A program made the translations under genes and the position numbers. From positions 1,504,001-1,568,000 of the forward strand of contig CBDCXV010000001.1 of the NCBI GenBank assembly GCA_965223905.1: a DNA stretch of 64,000 nt, given 5' to 3'. The notes beneath the pieces were generated by a model that saw only the letters and a program-made list of their open reading frames with translations, searched no databases and was not told the origin of the DNA. Shown here one piece after another: positions 1-11,100 of the stretch (its first letter is position 1; the number at the start of each line of letters is the position of its first letter). The DNA is from Candidatus Latescibacterota bacterium. GTDB taxonomy: Bacteria; Latescibacterota; UBA2968; UBA8231.

Positions 1-513
1 CGGAAGACCATCGATGGCGTCGATACCCTCGATCCGGCTCCTGTCCGCCGTCCCTTCCTGGACCGTCTGCCAGCCAGCCTCCTCCACATCGGCCGTCGTC
101 CAGGCGCTTCCCTGCTGGACCTGGGACGTCCAGCGCCAGGTCTGGATCCTCCGGTTCGTCGTGGTCATGGCCAGGATCGAATCCGCGACCACGACGGCGG
201 CGATCATGCCGTTGCCGCCCCCCAGGCCGCGATGGAGGACGGTTATGCCGATATGGTTGTCGTCGTTCTCGACTGCTATTTCGTAGGCGGTCATTCTAGT
301 GCTGACCGAATCCGACCCGACCCTGGTGCCGTTGAAGAAGACCTCGTAGCTGTCGGCAGCGGCTACATGGAGGCGGCCCGTAGCCGCCTCGTCGGCGGTG
401 AAAGTGGCGCGGTAGTGGACCGTTTCGCGCCAGGTCGTCTGCACGAACGTTCCCTGCGTCCCCTCGCCCGGGGGGGGCCGGAGCGAAGCCAGCAGCGCGA
501 GAGCCAGCATCAT
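1..513 (-). CDS. Secreted beta-sandwich (galactose-binding-like) protein, partial, runs off the left edge
   Basis: Not in the ORF track because no stop lies in the window. Manual translation: MMLALALLASLRPPPGEG...GRLHVAAADSYEVFFNGTRVG...NHIGITVLHRG. Hydrophobic N-terminus; the frame stays open upstream to an ATG at 627. Confidence 0.7.
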   Translation of the reverse strand, partial: MMLALALLASLRPPPGEGTQGTFVQTTWRETVHYRATFTADEAATGRLHVAAADSYEVFFNGTRVGSDSVSTRMTAYEIAVENDDNHIGITVLHRGLGGGNGMIAAVVVADSILAMTTTNRRIQTWRWTSQVQQGSAWTTADVEEAGWQTVQEGTADRSRIEGIDAIDGLP

Positions 514-515
514 CC

Positions 516-712
516 GGCGCCCCGCTCGCAAGGCGCCTGAGCGAGTCGTACCGGGGGTGTACGGCGAGCGAAGGCAACGCGGCGAGACGGGATTGAGGGA
601 AAAAATCGCACAGGATGAGGTTTTCATTTTAAACCGCGATTTAAACCGCGATTTTTCCCCTCAAATGGATCGGCGCCGGAAATTGCAAGGGATTCCTGGG
701 ACGCGACACTAG
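516..712 (-). repeat. MITE/REP-like element, copy A, with a nested ~72-bp hairpin insert at 593-664
   Basis: The reverse complement aligns with 27769-27892 (shared TTCCGGCGCCGATCCAT, GCGTTGCCTTCGCTC, GACTCGCTCAGGCGCCTTGCGAGC) and begins CTAGTGTC. Confidence 0.8.
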
Positions 713-876
713 GGGGTTGGACATGCGGACACGGCGCTGCTGCGGCAGGAAATGAATTCGGTATCCGGGTAAAACAAAACAGGTGGCAGGTGGTTCACTG
801 ATCTCCACCTGCCACCTGTCTGGCTTAAAACGAGTGCCGGCCGTTGAAGACCGACTACTCATACGCTGCAATCGTC

Positions 877-2832
877 CTACTTCAGCAAGGACATCCGCTT
901 CGAATCGACAAAGTCCCCGGAAGTCATCTGGTAGAAGTAGACGCCGCTGGCTACCTGGTTTCCGCTGGCATCCAAACCATCCCATGTGGCTTCGTAGACG
1001 GCTGCCCGCAACGGCTCGTCCACGAGGACGGCGACTTCCTGCCCGGCAGTGTTGTACACGGTGATCCTGACATGGGCACCGGCGTCGATGTCGGCGATCT
1101 CGAACGGAATCGTGATGTTCGGGTTACCCGGGTTGGGATAGGAGTTTCCCAGCGCCGAGCTGGAGGGGGTCGCGCCGCCTACTTCCTGGACAGCCGTGGC
1201 GGAACTACCGACTAGTCCGGAAATCATGTCGGCGGGCACGTGGTTCGCCGTGAGGGAGCCACTGCCGTACTGGGTGTAGTAGCCATCCCAGGAAGAGCCG
1301 ATGTCCACCCAGCGGGTGAAAGCCGGCAACGCCCCGCCGGGGACGCCTTTGATGTCGATGGTGAACAGCCCCGAACCGTCCGGACCGAGGACCCAGCCCT
1401 CGATCGGCGTGTTGTAGCCGCTCCACGTGGTGACACCCCAACTCGTCACCGAAGCGTCGCAGTTCACCAGCTGGGTGTTCGGATCGACTCCGGCCGCCTC
1501 GGCTTCGGGGCCGAACAGACGCTCGATGAAACCGTCGCCGTTCCGGTTCTGCCATATCAATTCACCGTCGAAGCCCCGCTTGGTCGGAAAGGATTCGAGC
1601 TGGAACCAGTCGCCTTCGGCGACGTTGTCCCAGAACTGGTGCCCGTCGACGCCGCCTGTGTAGATACCGGTATCATCGACATCGAGCGCCCACGGCCCGT
1701 GGACCTTGATCCGGTCATTGCCATCGGCATCGACCCAGTCGGTCATGTAGTAGTCGGAATAGTCGATCATGTCGACGATCTCGCCAGTGGCGCGATCGAG
1801 GGAGTAAACCGCCGGCTGCGCCGGAAACGACTCGGGTGTCGAATCGCCCACCGGGTCAGGCCTGTTGGCGATCCAGATCAGCCCGTCGTCACCGCCCCAG
1901 GGATGGTGCTGCTCGGCTTTGAGGGCTGCACTGGGAATACGCGCGTCGAACGCGACGAACTGCCCGGGATTGGCCACGGGCCAGTCCGGATCGGGCAATA
2001 TCGTGTCGTTCTCCTCGTCCAGGATGGCCCTGAACACGCCGACGGTGGGACTGTTGCGGAACTTGGTGACGTAGAGGACGTTGTTGTCCGCCGGATCGAT
2101 TTTCAGATCGCTGTTGTCCGTCCAGCCGCCTGAGGCCTCCTGGCCGACGAGTTCGTACGACCAGGGGATGGGGTAATTCTCGTAGGCAACCGTCTTCTCA
2201 GCGCCCTCTTCTGCGGGGTAGAATCCGGAGTAATCCGTGCCCATTACCCCCCTTCTGACATACTGGGTGTTTTCCGATCCGTCGTCCGAGACGTGAGCCG
2301 TCCAGTAAACCCAGGGCGCCTCGGGATTTTCGCTCGGATCGAAACCGGTCGTCGGTCCCCAGGGGCTGTTGCCGCCGCCGACGATGGTCGGTTGAGCGGT
2401 CTGGTCGACGGCAAACAGGTAATAGCGGTAAGTCCCCGCGGGCACTGCATTGCCGTTGAAATCGGTACCATCCCAGGCGATGGCCCCGTCTCCGGCTGCC
2501 ATGACGACGCCGTCAGAGACGTAAACCAGCCGGTCGAGGCCGGCAGCCTGCACCATGGCACCGCCTGGACCACCGGCGTCGGTGGACGGCGGGTTGGCCC
2601 CCTCGGTATACACTGCCAGCCAAACCGTGGCGCCGCGGTCGAGGGTGAACGGGATGTCCACCTCGCCACTGAAGTCGTAGGCGACGCTACCGGTCCCTCC
2701 GAGGGTCAGCTTTTCCGGAAAACCGAAGCGATAGGTGGTCTGGAAACTGAAGTCCGGATCGCCGTACGAGGCGGTCTGTGCGTAGGCGCCGCTGGCCAGA
2801 ACCAGACTAAGCAGACACAATAATATTCGCAT
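877..2832 (-). CDS. Secreted protein: N-terminal FlgD-like Ig domain, probable beta-propeller, C-terminal FlgD/T9SS-type-A-like domain
   Basis: Signal peptide MRILLCLLSLVLASGAYA; WDGTDFNGNAVPAGTYRYYL; C-terminal NSYPNPGNP...WDGLDASGNQVASGVYFYQM...KRMSLLK; strong AAGGAG upstream. Confidence 0.85.
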   Translation of the reverse strand: MRILLCLLSLVLASGAYAQTASYGDPDFSFQTTYRFGFPEKLTLGGTGSVAYDFSGEVDIPFTLDRGATVWLAVYTEGANPPSTDAGGPGGAMVQAAGLDRLVYVSDGVVMAAGDGAIAWDGTDFNGNAVPAGTYRYYLFAVDQTAQPTIVGGGNSPWGPTTGFDPSENPEAPWVYWTAHVSDDGSENTQYVRRGVMGTDYSGFYPAEEGAEKTVAYENYPIPWSYELVGQEASGGWTDNSDLKIDPADNNVLYVTKFRNSPTVGVFRAILDEENDTILPDPDWPVANPGQFVAFDARIPSAALKAEQHHPWGGDDGLIWIANRPDPVGDSTPESFPAQPAVYSLDRATGEIVDMIDYSDYYMTDWVDADGNDRIKVHGPWALDVDDTGIYTGGVDGHQFWDNVAEGDWFQLESFPTKRGFDGELIWQNRNGDGFIERLFGPEAEAAGVDPNTQLVNCDASVTSWGVTTWSGYNTPIEGWVLGPDGSGLFTIDIKGVPGGALPAFTRWVDIGSSWDGYYTQYGSGSLTANHVPADMISGLVGSSATAVQEVGGATPSSSALGNSYPNPGNPNITIPFEIADIDAGAHVRITVYNTAGQEVAVLVDEPLRAAVYEATWDGLDASGNQVASGVYFYQMTSGDFVDSKRMSLLK

Positions 2833-3013
2833 TTCTCCTTTTCTCCTTAAAGTTTGGAGGATGGGGATGAACGTGCGATGCCGAGATCATTGCAACCTAA
2901 CATTGAGTCCTGAAAACCCCATGGGAAGCGGCATGGGCGACCCGCCGACTTTGATGACAAGCCTCTGACAAAGGGAGGGGAATGTCAAGCAAAAACCCAG
3001 AAGCTTGCGCATC

Positions 3014-3535
3014 TCACTTGGGGGCATGGTCTCCCTGGCTTGCCGAAGCGGTCGAGATCTCGGATGGTTGCACCCTGTTCATCGGGTCGTGACCGATGGC
3101 TACCATCTTGGTCACCGGACTCACCGTCAGCTTCTGATACTGCTCAAACGGCGACCATCGCTTGGCCCCCGGCGTCGACGACAGGTGCCTGGCCTGATCC
3201 TGGGGGGGATCGACATTGACCAGGCGAAAAGCCTCTGCCTCGTCCCAAGGTTCCATGCCCGGAAAACGGTATGTTACCCAGATGATTTTTCCCATCCGCG
3301 AAAAGGCGGTGATCTTGGCTCCCATCACATTGGGCCAGCTCCCATATCCGTGGCCTTCCGGAACCATGGGATCCGCAGTGTACTGCTCGGGTTTCCCCCA
3401 GCGTTCAGAGACTTCCTCGAAACTACTGCCCAGCACACGGTGTACGTCGAGCGGTCGCTCCTCCTCGCGCGTGCAAGACCCGCTGGCGAGCAAGGCGCAG
3501 ATCAGAGCGAACGCGCTCCCCCGGCTGTTGGTCAT
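3014..3535 (-). CDS. Hypothetical lipoprotein
   Basis: Start moved to MTNSRG (3535); lipobox-like LLASGSC; natural-looking composition, unlike the overlapping + strand extension. Confidence 0.7.
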   Translation of the reverse strand: MTNSRGSAFALICALLASGSCTREEERPLDVHRVLGSSFEEVSERWGKPEQYTADPMVPEGHGYGSWPNVMGAKITAFSRMGKIIWVTYRFPGMEPWDEAEAFRLVNVDPPQDQARHLSSTPGAKRWSPFEQYQKLTVSPVTKMVAIGHDPMNRVQPSEISTASASQGDHAPK

Positions 3536-3772
3536 CTTCTCGCTCCCTGCCGCCCCGCGATCGATCTCCTCGCAGGGAATCCATGGAGTCCAGAAAATGG
3601 GGAAGGGTCTCGGAGCCGGCAAAGTGAGTGGGTGGGGACCTCACCGCGCCGGGCGGGCTTCGGGCCCGGCGCGCAGGCAGCCTCCTTGACCGGTGGTGAT
3701 CCCGTGTTACACCCCAGGCCAGGATCCCCGCGCGAACTCTTTGCAGGCGTTGCAGGCGCGGACGTAACCCGG

Positions 3773-5710
3773 ATGGAGTTTTTCCGCGGACTGCTGGCGA
3801 TCCTCGCCGTGGCGGCCGCGTTGGCCCTCCCGACGGCCTGCGGGCCACAACCGGAGAGGCCGAACGTGGTCGTCCTCCTCATGGACACGCTCAGGGCGGA
3901 TCGGCTCGGCTGCTACGGATACGCCCGGGCGACCAGCCCAGCCGTCGACAGCCTCGCGGCAGCCGGGGTCGTTTTCACCCGCTGTTACGCCCCGTCGGAT
4001 TACACCCAGGCCTCCACAGCTTCGCTCTTCACCGGGAAATACCCGCTTGCGCACGGATATGTGAACTCCAACTACGTGCTCGAAGATTCCAACCTGACCA
4101 TTGCCGAGATCTTCCGCGACGCCGGCTACACCACTGCGGGGTTTATCGCCAACGGCCTCGCGGGCAGAAAGTACCGGATGGATCAGGGCTTCGAGATGTA
4201 TTTCGAGAAGAACAGGGCGTCGGCTCCAGAGTTGTCGGCGGCAGCCACGGCCTTTATCGGTACACAGTCGGCTGCGGGCGGCCCGCCCTTTTTCATGTAC
4301 TTGCATTTCCTCGACGTCCACGATCCACACCGGATTCCCCCCACCCACTTCGGCAGGTTCGCCGACCCGGCCGCCTTCGCGTTCGACATGCAGGATACCC
4401 TGCTGCTGGAGACTTTCGCGATGCGGGCCTGGTGGTCCGTGGTCCAGAAGTGGCGGCCTGGGAAGGAAGGGGAGATCGCCACCTACTTCGACGACTACTC
4501 GGATCTCTACGACGCTTCCATCGCCTACTGGGACGATTCCGTGGCGGCGATCCGGGAGTCGCTGGCCGCGAACGGCTTCGATCGCAACACCATCATCGTC
4601 GTCACCTCCGACCACGGGGAACAGCTTCTTGAGCACGGCTTTTTCGGACACGCCAACTCCGGCTACGAGGTGGGCCTGCACGTCCCTCTCATCCTTTTCG
4701 ACCCCTATGCTGATGGGGGCAATCGCGGCAGACGGCTTTCTCACCTGGTCGGCCTCGTGGATGTTTTACCCACCCTGCTGAACCGGGTCGGGATCGAGGT
4801 TCCCGCGCAGGTTCAGGGTCGGTCGCGCTGGCCGTACGACCCGGCGCCGGAGGGCACCCCCGAAGAGGATGCCGCAACCGTGTACACAGAGGGAACCTTC
4901 TTTAAAAACCGCCCGGTCGGCACCCTGATCCAGTCCTACCGGCAGGGGGACTGGAAGCTCCTCCTTGACCGCTTGCGAGACTCCAAGGAACTCTACGATC
5001 TGCGCCGCGACCCCGGCGAAACCCGGAACCTGTTCGACGCACGGCCGGAGATCGCCTCGAGACTTTTCGACGGCCTGCGGCAACAGTACAACGGGAATCT
5101 CGAGATCTTCGACGCCCGCTCGAGGTCGCCGATGGAACAGGTCGAGGAGAAGCTGGAGGAGCTCCAGTCGCTGGGGTACGTGACCGCTGTGGATCCTCCT
5201 CGTGGGGCCCCGGCCCAGTATTTTCCCATCGCGGCGGCCGATCTGACCCGGTTTGGACCGTTCGGGGACGAGGAAGACCTTCACCTGTTCAATAATGTCG
5301 ATTTCTCCCGTCGTGGCCGAATCGCGCTTGGGCAGATCGTGCGCGGCTGCAGTGAAGACCCCAGTCGCGCCGACACTTCGGGGGTCTGGTTTGACCGGCG
5401 TTCCACTTTCCTTTTGCGGAATGACGGGCGCATGTGGCGCATTTTCTTCGAAATCCTGATCGATCCGCACGCGCCCCTGCACCCGACACGGATCCAGGTT
5501 GAATTCAACGATGCGCCAGGAGAGTCGTTTCGCATCTCCGGCCCCGGGCATCATCGGCTGGAGAGCGCTCTGCCGGCGTCCCTGTGCGCCCCGGGATATT
5601 TCCACGCTGGATTACTGGCCGATCGCCGCTTTGTCCTGCGCGCGGGAACCTCGCCCAGATCAGACCGCTACGCCTCCATAAAAATCCGCCGTGTCGGCCT
5701 GGGGCAGTGA
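3773..5710 (+). CDS. Sulfatase-like hydrolase/transferase (alkaline phosphatase superfamily), lipoprotein, with extra C-terminal domain
   Basis: Lipobox LPTAC; PNVVVLLMDTLRADRLGCYGY; YTQASTASLFTG; HFLDVHDP; TSDHGE..EHG; LHVPLI; LQSLGYV. Confidence 0.9.
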   Translation: MEFFRGLLAILAVAAALALPTACGPQPERPNVVVLLMDTLRADRLGCYGYARATSPAVDSLAAAGVVFTRCYAPSDYTQASTASLFTGKYPLAHGYVNSNYVLEDSNLTIAEIFRDAGYTTAGFIANGLAGRKYRMDQGFEMYFEKNRASAPELSAAATAFIGTQSAAGGPPFFMYLHFLDVHDPHRIPPTHFGRFADPAAFAFDMQDTLLLETFAMRAWWSVVQKWRPGKEGEIATYFDDYSDLYDASIAYWDDSVAAIRESLAANGFDRNTIIVVTSDHGEQLLEHGFFGHANSGYEVGLHVPLILFDPYADGGNRGRRLSHLVGLVDVLPTLLNRVGIEVPAQVQGRSRWPYDPAPEGTPEEDAATVYTEGTFFKNRPVGTLIQSYRQGDWKLLLDRLRDSKELYDLRRDPGETRNLFDARPEIASRLFDGLRQQYNGNLEIFDARSRSPMEQVEEKLEELQSLGYVTAVDPPRGAPAQYFPIAAADLTRFGPFGDEEDLHLFNNVDFSRRGRIALGQIVRGCSEDPSRADTSGVWFDRRSTFLLRNDGRMWRIFFEILIDPHAPLHPTRIQVEFNDAPGESFRISGPGHHRLESALPASLCAPGYFHAGLLADRRFVLRAGTSPRSDRYASIKIRRVGLGQ

Positions 5711-5834
5711 TTGGCTCGACCGGGACGCACCCGCTTGGGACGGCACTGTTTCTGCCCTCACTGCCCGATTCCGGTTGCGCCGGTATCGCAGCCGGCGACC
5801 GGCCGCAGTTCATCGAGCCCCTGAACAACCTCAG

Positions 5835-8195
5835 GTGCAGTCCAAACCGGTGTCCTTGCGTCTCCCACACCTCGCCTCCAGCGCGCTGATCTGCTGGATT
5901 GCCCTCCCCTGCGCCGCCCGGGTCGACGGGGGCCCGGAGCAGGCTCTGTCGCGTTTCGCCACCCGGGAGATGGAGCGGCTGGAGACCGTCGGACCGGTGG
6001 TGAAGAGGGCGACTATCTCGCGCTACTTTGCCGCCTATCCACTCCCCACGAGGGAAAGGGAGGTCCAGCGTCTTCTGGGAACGGCGCAACGCATCCTCGT
6101 TGCTTTCGCCGGCAAGCTTCAGACAGCCGCCCGGGAGCGGGTGCGGAAGGATGGGTCCTCCGCCATCGAGCAGGCCCATATCACCGCCGCGGTCGAGAAG
6201 CTGTTGCCCGGCGCTGACAGCCCCTACAAGACCCGCATCTTCTTTCCGCGGGCCCCCCTCGGGGACCAGGTGGAGGTCGAGCTCATGGACCTCCGGGCAT
6301 TCCAGGACACCCCACTTCCCTGGCGCGCCCTCGCTGCACCGATGAGACCGGCGGCGCGCCTTGCCTTCAGGGACGAGGTCGCCCTGGGGGAGTTCGCGGC
6401 GGCGGTGAGCTCCCACGGACTGCTCATCTTCCGGCTGGCGGGGAAGTTCGCCAGTGAAGATTTCAGCCCCGCGGTAACGAGCCCACACCTGCGCAGGGCC
6501 GAGAAAGCGATCGCCCGGCGGGCAGGGAGCGCGGTAACAGAGGCGCCGACCTCCACGGCGCCGGTACCCCTCCAGGTCCGCTTCGTCGACGTCGCCGGGG
6601 CGAACGGCATCCGCTTTCGCCACGTCAGCAGCGACTGGATCTCCCGTTTCCGGCGTTACGGGCCCCTGGCCCCTACCTTCAGCGGTGGCGGCGTTACCGC
6701 CGGGGACCTGGACGGCGACGGGTGGCCGGATCTCGTCTACTGCGGCGGAGAAGGATGCGCGGCATTCAGAAACCAGCACGACGCGACCTTCGAGGAGGTG
6801 ACGGCAGCCAGCCGGATCAATGTTCCCGGCGAGGCCCGAATGAGCCTTGTCGCCGACTTCGACAACGACGGCGATCAGGACCTTTTCATCACCTACGCCC
6901 GCGATACGAACCGGCTCTTTCGCAATGGCGGTGGCGGACGTTTTGAAGACATCACCCCTCAGTCCGGTCTGCGGACAACCGAAGACATCAGCGGCCCCGC
7001 CATCGCCTTCGACCACGACAACGACGGCTCCCTGGACGTCTACGTCGGGAATTTCGGTGACTACCTAAACGGCGCCACGCCGTGGGTCTCACCCGATTCC
7101 CAGAACGCCCAGAGCAATCGCCTGTATCGCAACCTGGGGGAAATGCGCTTCGAAGACGTGACCGATGGCGCCGCCGGCAATACCGGCTGGACCCAGGCGC
7201 TCTCCCACGTCGACTACAACCAGGACGGCTACCAGGACATCTACATCGCCAACGACTTCGGCTCCAACGAGCTGCTCGAAAACCAGGGCGACGGGACCTT
7301 CCGGGCAAGGGGAGAAGCAGGAACCACGGGGGACCGTTTTCACGGCATGTCGGTAGCATTCGCCGATCTCAATCGCGACACCTATGCCGACATCTTCATC
7401 AGCAACATCTGGGGCTGGGTCCCCACCGAGCGCGAGCCCGGCGAAACCAACTCGCTCCTGATCTCCGCGGCGCGGGAAAACGGAGTCAGGTACCGAAGCG
7501 ATCGCAGCCGGATTCCAGGTTTGATCCGGCGCGATACCGGGTGGTCCTGGGCTGCCCTGTTCTTCGACGCCGACAACGACGGCGATGACGATCTGTTCGT
7601 CGCCAACGGTCTCACGGATTACAGCACGGCGCGCCAAGTCCGGCCCCACCCGACGCGTTCCGGCCTTCTGTACCCGGTCTCCCACAACCGCGAGAGAAAC
7701 CTGTTCTTCCTCCATCAGGACGGACTGCTCGAAGTCCCCCCGGAGGTGAGCGGCGCCGAACTGGGCGGCTGCAACTCCCGCGCCATCGCCCTTCTCGACT
7801 ACGACCGGGATGGCGATCTCGATATGGCCCTGAGTACCTTCCATTCCTCGGCGCGCCTGTTCCGCAACGACGGCGCCCCGCGCGCCAATCACTGGCTTTC
7901 CGTGGAGCTCGTCGGCGATCCCGCCCGGGGCGTCAACCGCAACGCCATCGGGGCTCGACTCATCGCTCGCAACGCCGATTCGGGTCTGTATGTCTGGCGC
8001 GCGGTGACGGGAGGCGAGGGATACATGGCGATGAGCACGCTCCCGGTCGGCATCGGTCTTGGTGAGGCCCGCAGCGTCGACCTCGAGATCCATTGGCCGG
8101 GGATGGAACGCCAGGTGGTCGAGGAGATCGCCGCCGAACAGAGGATCCGCATTTACCAGGGCAACCCCGTTTTCGAGAGCATCGACCCTCGCTGA
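5835..8195 (+). CDS. CRTAC1/ASPIC-UnbV FG-GAP repeat protein with N-terminal helical (histone-fold-like) doublet
   Basis: Repeated GDLDGDGWPDL / ADFDNDGDQDL / DYNQDGYQDI motifs; NHWLSVELVG...NRNAIGARL ASPIC C-terminus. Start approximate (GTG at 5835 or 5850). Confidence 0.85.
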   Translation: MQSKPVSLRLPHLASSALICWIALPCAARVDGGPEQALSRFATREMERLETVGPVVKRATISRYFAAYPLPTREREVQRLLGTAQRILVAFAGKLQTAARERVRKDGSSAIEQAHITAAVEKLLPGADSPYKTRIFFPRAPLGDQVEVELMDLRAFQDTPLPWRALAAPMRPAARLAFRDEVALGEFAAAVSSHGLLIFRLAGKFASEDFSPAVTSPHLRRAEKAIARRAGSAVTEAPTSTAPVPLQVRFVDVAGANGIRFRHVSSDWISRFRRYGPLAPTFSGGGVTAGDLDGDGWPDLVYCGGEGCAAFRNQHDATFEEVTAASRINVPGEARMSLVADFDNDGDQDLFITYARDTNRLFRNGGGGRFEDITPQSGLRTTEDISGPAIAFDHDNDGSLDVYVGNFGDYLNGATPWVSPDSQNAQSNRLYRNLGEMRFEDVTDGAAGNTGWTQALSHVDYNQDGYQDIYIANDFGSNELLENQGDGTFRARGEAGTTGDRFHGMSVAFADLNRDTYADIFISNIWGWVPTEREPGETNSLLISAARENGVRYRSDRSRIPGLIRRDTGWSWAALFFDADNDGDDDLFVANGLTDYSTARQVRPHPTRSGLLYPVSHNRERNLFFLHQDGLLEVPPEVSGAELGGCNSRAIALLDYDRDGDLDMALSTFHSSARLFRNDGAPRANHWLSVELVGDPARGVNRNAIGARLIARNADSGLYVWRAVTGGEGYMAMSTLPVGIGLGEARSVDLEIHWPGMERQVVEEIAAEQRIRIYQGNPVFESIDPR

Positions 8196-11100
8196 TGGAG
8201 AACGCGACAATCCACCGTCTTCTTCCCCTGTTCCTGGCAGCCAGGCCGCTACCGGCATTCCTGCTGCTGCTGGCCATTCGCTCTCCGACTCTCGCGGACC
8301 CGGCCGAAGAAGCTCGCCTGCGGGAAGCGGCGCGCCTGCGCAGCGTGGCCTTGGCCCGCATGGAGGACGGGGAATACGAACGGGCGGCGGATCACCTCGA
8401 AGAGCTCGCCCGCGCCCTCCCCGACAACATCCTGCCCCCGGTCAACCTCGCCATATGCTACTACCGTCTCAACCGTGCCGAAGAGGCCTTGCGCCAGGTC
8501 GAGAGAGCCCGTCAGCTCGACCCCGACAACGCGCGGATGCTGTACACCCTGGCGCGCATCCTCGGGGAGGATCCGGGGCGCGCCAGAGTGTGGCGCGAGG
8601 TGATCGACCACTTCGCCGCAACGCATCCGCGCGACCCGCGGCCGTACTACCTCGAGGCCCGGCACCTGGCGCTGGGGGGGCAGTTCGCCGCCGCGGTGCC
8701 ATTGTTCCAACAGGCTCTGGCGTCGGCGCCGGAGAACCTGGTCCTGCTGGCGGACCTTCTGGTGGCGGCGGCCGAGGCCGCCGATGCGGAGACCACCGCC
8801 GGGGCCCTGTACGGGATCGAGGACCGGCTGAACGGGTTCGAGGGCAGCATGGCCGACTACGCACGGCGCATTCACCCTCTCGTCGAAGCGGGCAAGACCC
8901 AGGGCTTGCGTCCGGCCGCCCGGGTGATGCGCAACCTCCTGCGTCCCACCGAGCTCTACCGGCTGCATCTGGTCCCCCTCACCGGCGTCCGCCAGGCCGG
9001 TGGCGCGGGCCTGTTCCCGCAGCACGACTTCGACCCGCCCCTGCCCGGGAGCATCCAGGGTGGGCAGGACATCGACATAGCCTTCGCTCAGTCCGGCGAT
9101 TTCGCCCGGCTCGACCTCCCGCAAGCGGCGACCTGGAGGGTTGGCCGTCAGCCGGGCCGCGAGCTGATGCTGGGGGCCGGTGATCATGGGCTGGTGGAGG
9201 TGGCGTTTTCCGCGGGGGGTTTCCAGGCGCGCTCGATCGAGCTGCAACCGGCAGCCCGGGGACCCGTGGTCTCCTGCGACATCGACCAGGACGAAATCGC
9301 GGACCTGGTGATTGCCGATCCCGCCCGCGGCGTTCTGGTGTACCATGGTGAGGCCGACGGTTCGTTCGCGCCGGCACGAACGGTGAGCGCCGCCAGGGAT
9401 GGCGATCGGTACGCCGGTCTCTTCCCGCTCGACATCGATCACGAGGGGGACCTGGATCTCTTCGTCGCGGTCGCCCGTGAGGCTGCTGCCGACCTCTATC
9501 TGCAGAACAACGGCGACGGCACCTGGACGGAGCGGGCCGCGGAACTGGGACTCGCCGGCGCCGCCGTTGCCACCACCGATATCGCGGTCGCCGATTTCGA
9601 CGACGACGGCGATCTGGATTTGTTGACCGTCCACCCCACGGGTCACCCGCGGCTTTACCTGAACCACCGCACCGGCGCCTTCGACGACGGCAGCGCCGCT
9701 TGCGGCCTCGATCAACTGCCGGCGGGATATCGGGCCGTCCACACCGCCGACTTCGACAACGACGGGCGCTTCGATCTCCTGCTGTGGGGAGAGGAGGCGG
9801 CCCAGGCGGTGTTCGCGAACCGGGGGGCGGCATTCGAGCCCGTCGCGCTGCCGGGATCCGCAGACGGCGGTTGGAGCAGCGCCGAGGTGGGCGATTACGA
9901 CAACGACGGCGATCAGGATGTCGCCGCCATCGCCGCCGGCACCGGCGAGTTGCTCCTCCTGCGCAATCGCCGCCTGTCATTCCACCTGATCCCCGCGGGG
10001 GGGAGCGCCGCGGGGACTGCCAGCTTGATCGATGGAGACTTCGATGGCGATGGCGATCTCGACCTCCTCGCCTCCGGCCCGGGCGCGAAGCCGCGCCTGT
10101 TCAGCAACCAGGGGGGCAACCGCAACAATTGGGTGAGAATCAGCCTGAAGGGCCTCAACGACAACAACGCGAAAAACAACATTCAGGGTATGTTCAGCCG
10201 GGTGGAAGCCCGGGCAGGCGACTCCTTCCAGGTTCTCCTGGGCAACGGCGGGGTCAACCATCTGGGGCTCGGCGCCCGGCGCGTGGCCGACGTGATCCGC
10301 GTTGTCTGGACCAACGGCCTGGCGCAGAACTGGCAGCTGGTGAGCGCCAACCAGACCCTGGTCGAGGAGCAGGTCCTGAAAGGGTCATGTCCTTTCCTCT
10401 ACACCTGGGACGGCGACGGCTTCGAGTTCGTCACCGATCTCATGTGGCGTTCGCCGTTGGGGATGATCCTCGCCGACGGCTCCCCGGCGCCGCACCAGTC
10501 AGCCCGGGATTTTGTGCTGATACCGGGTGAGCGGCTGCAGCCCGCCGACGGAGAACTCTGGCTGCAGATCACCGAAGAACTGTGGGAGACGGCCTACGTC
10601 GACCGCTGCTACCTGCTCGCCGTCGACCATCCCGCCGCTGTCGAGCTGGTCGTGGACGAGAAGTTCACCCCCCCTCCCTACGCGACCGAGGCGCCCATCC
10701 ACTGGCTCGCCGACCGCCTGCTACCCGTCGCCGCCCGCGACCACCAGGGCCGCAATGTGCTCGCCCAACTCGAACACCGCGACGGCGACTACGTCGACGG
10801 CCTTCCGCTCAGCCGCTACCAGGGACTGACCGAGGGCCACTTCGTCGAGATGACCTTCCCTCAGGTGCCGGCGGGGGAGCGCCTGCGCCTGGTGCTGTGG
10901 GGCTGGATCTTCCCGACCGACACGAGCATTAACTTCGCCCTGGCGCAGGATGGGTCACGCGACCTGAAGGGCCCCAGCCTCGAAGTGCGCGGCGCGGATG
11001 GAGGCTTTCGCGTCCTCTCCCCTTTCATCGGTTTCCCCAATGGCAAGCGCAAGGCGATGGTGGTGGAGTTGACCGACCTCGTCCCGTCCGGGGACCTGAC

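Noticed and set aside
629-652. TTAAACCGCGAT tandem as a transcription-factor site
   Set aside because: It lies inside the nested repeat insert and is more simply a slippage duplication.
3005-3772. 256-aa N-terminal extension of the sulfatase-like ORF
   Set aside because: Overlaps a better minus-strand lipoprotein gene; the signal peptide begins at 3773.
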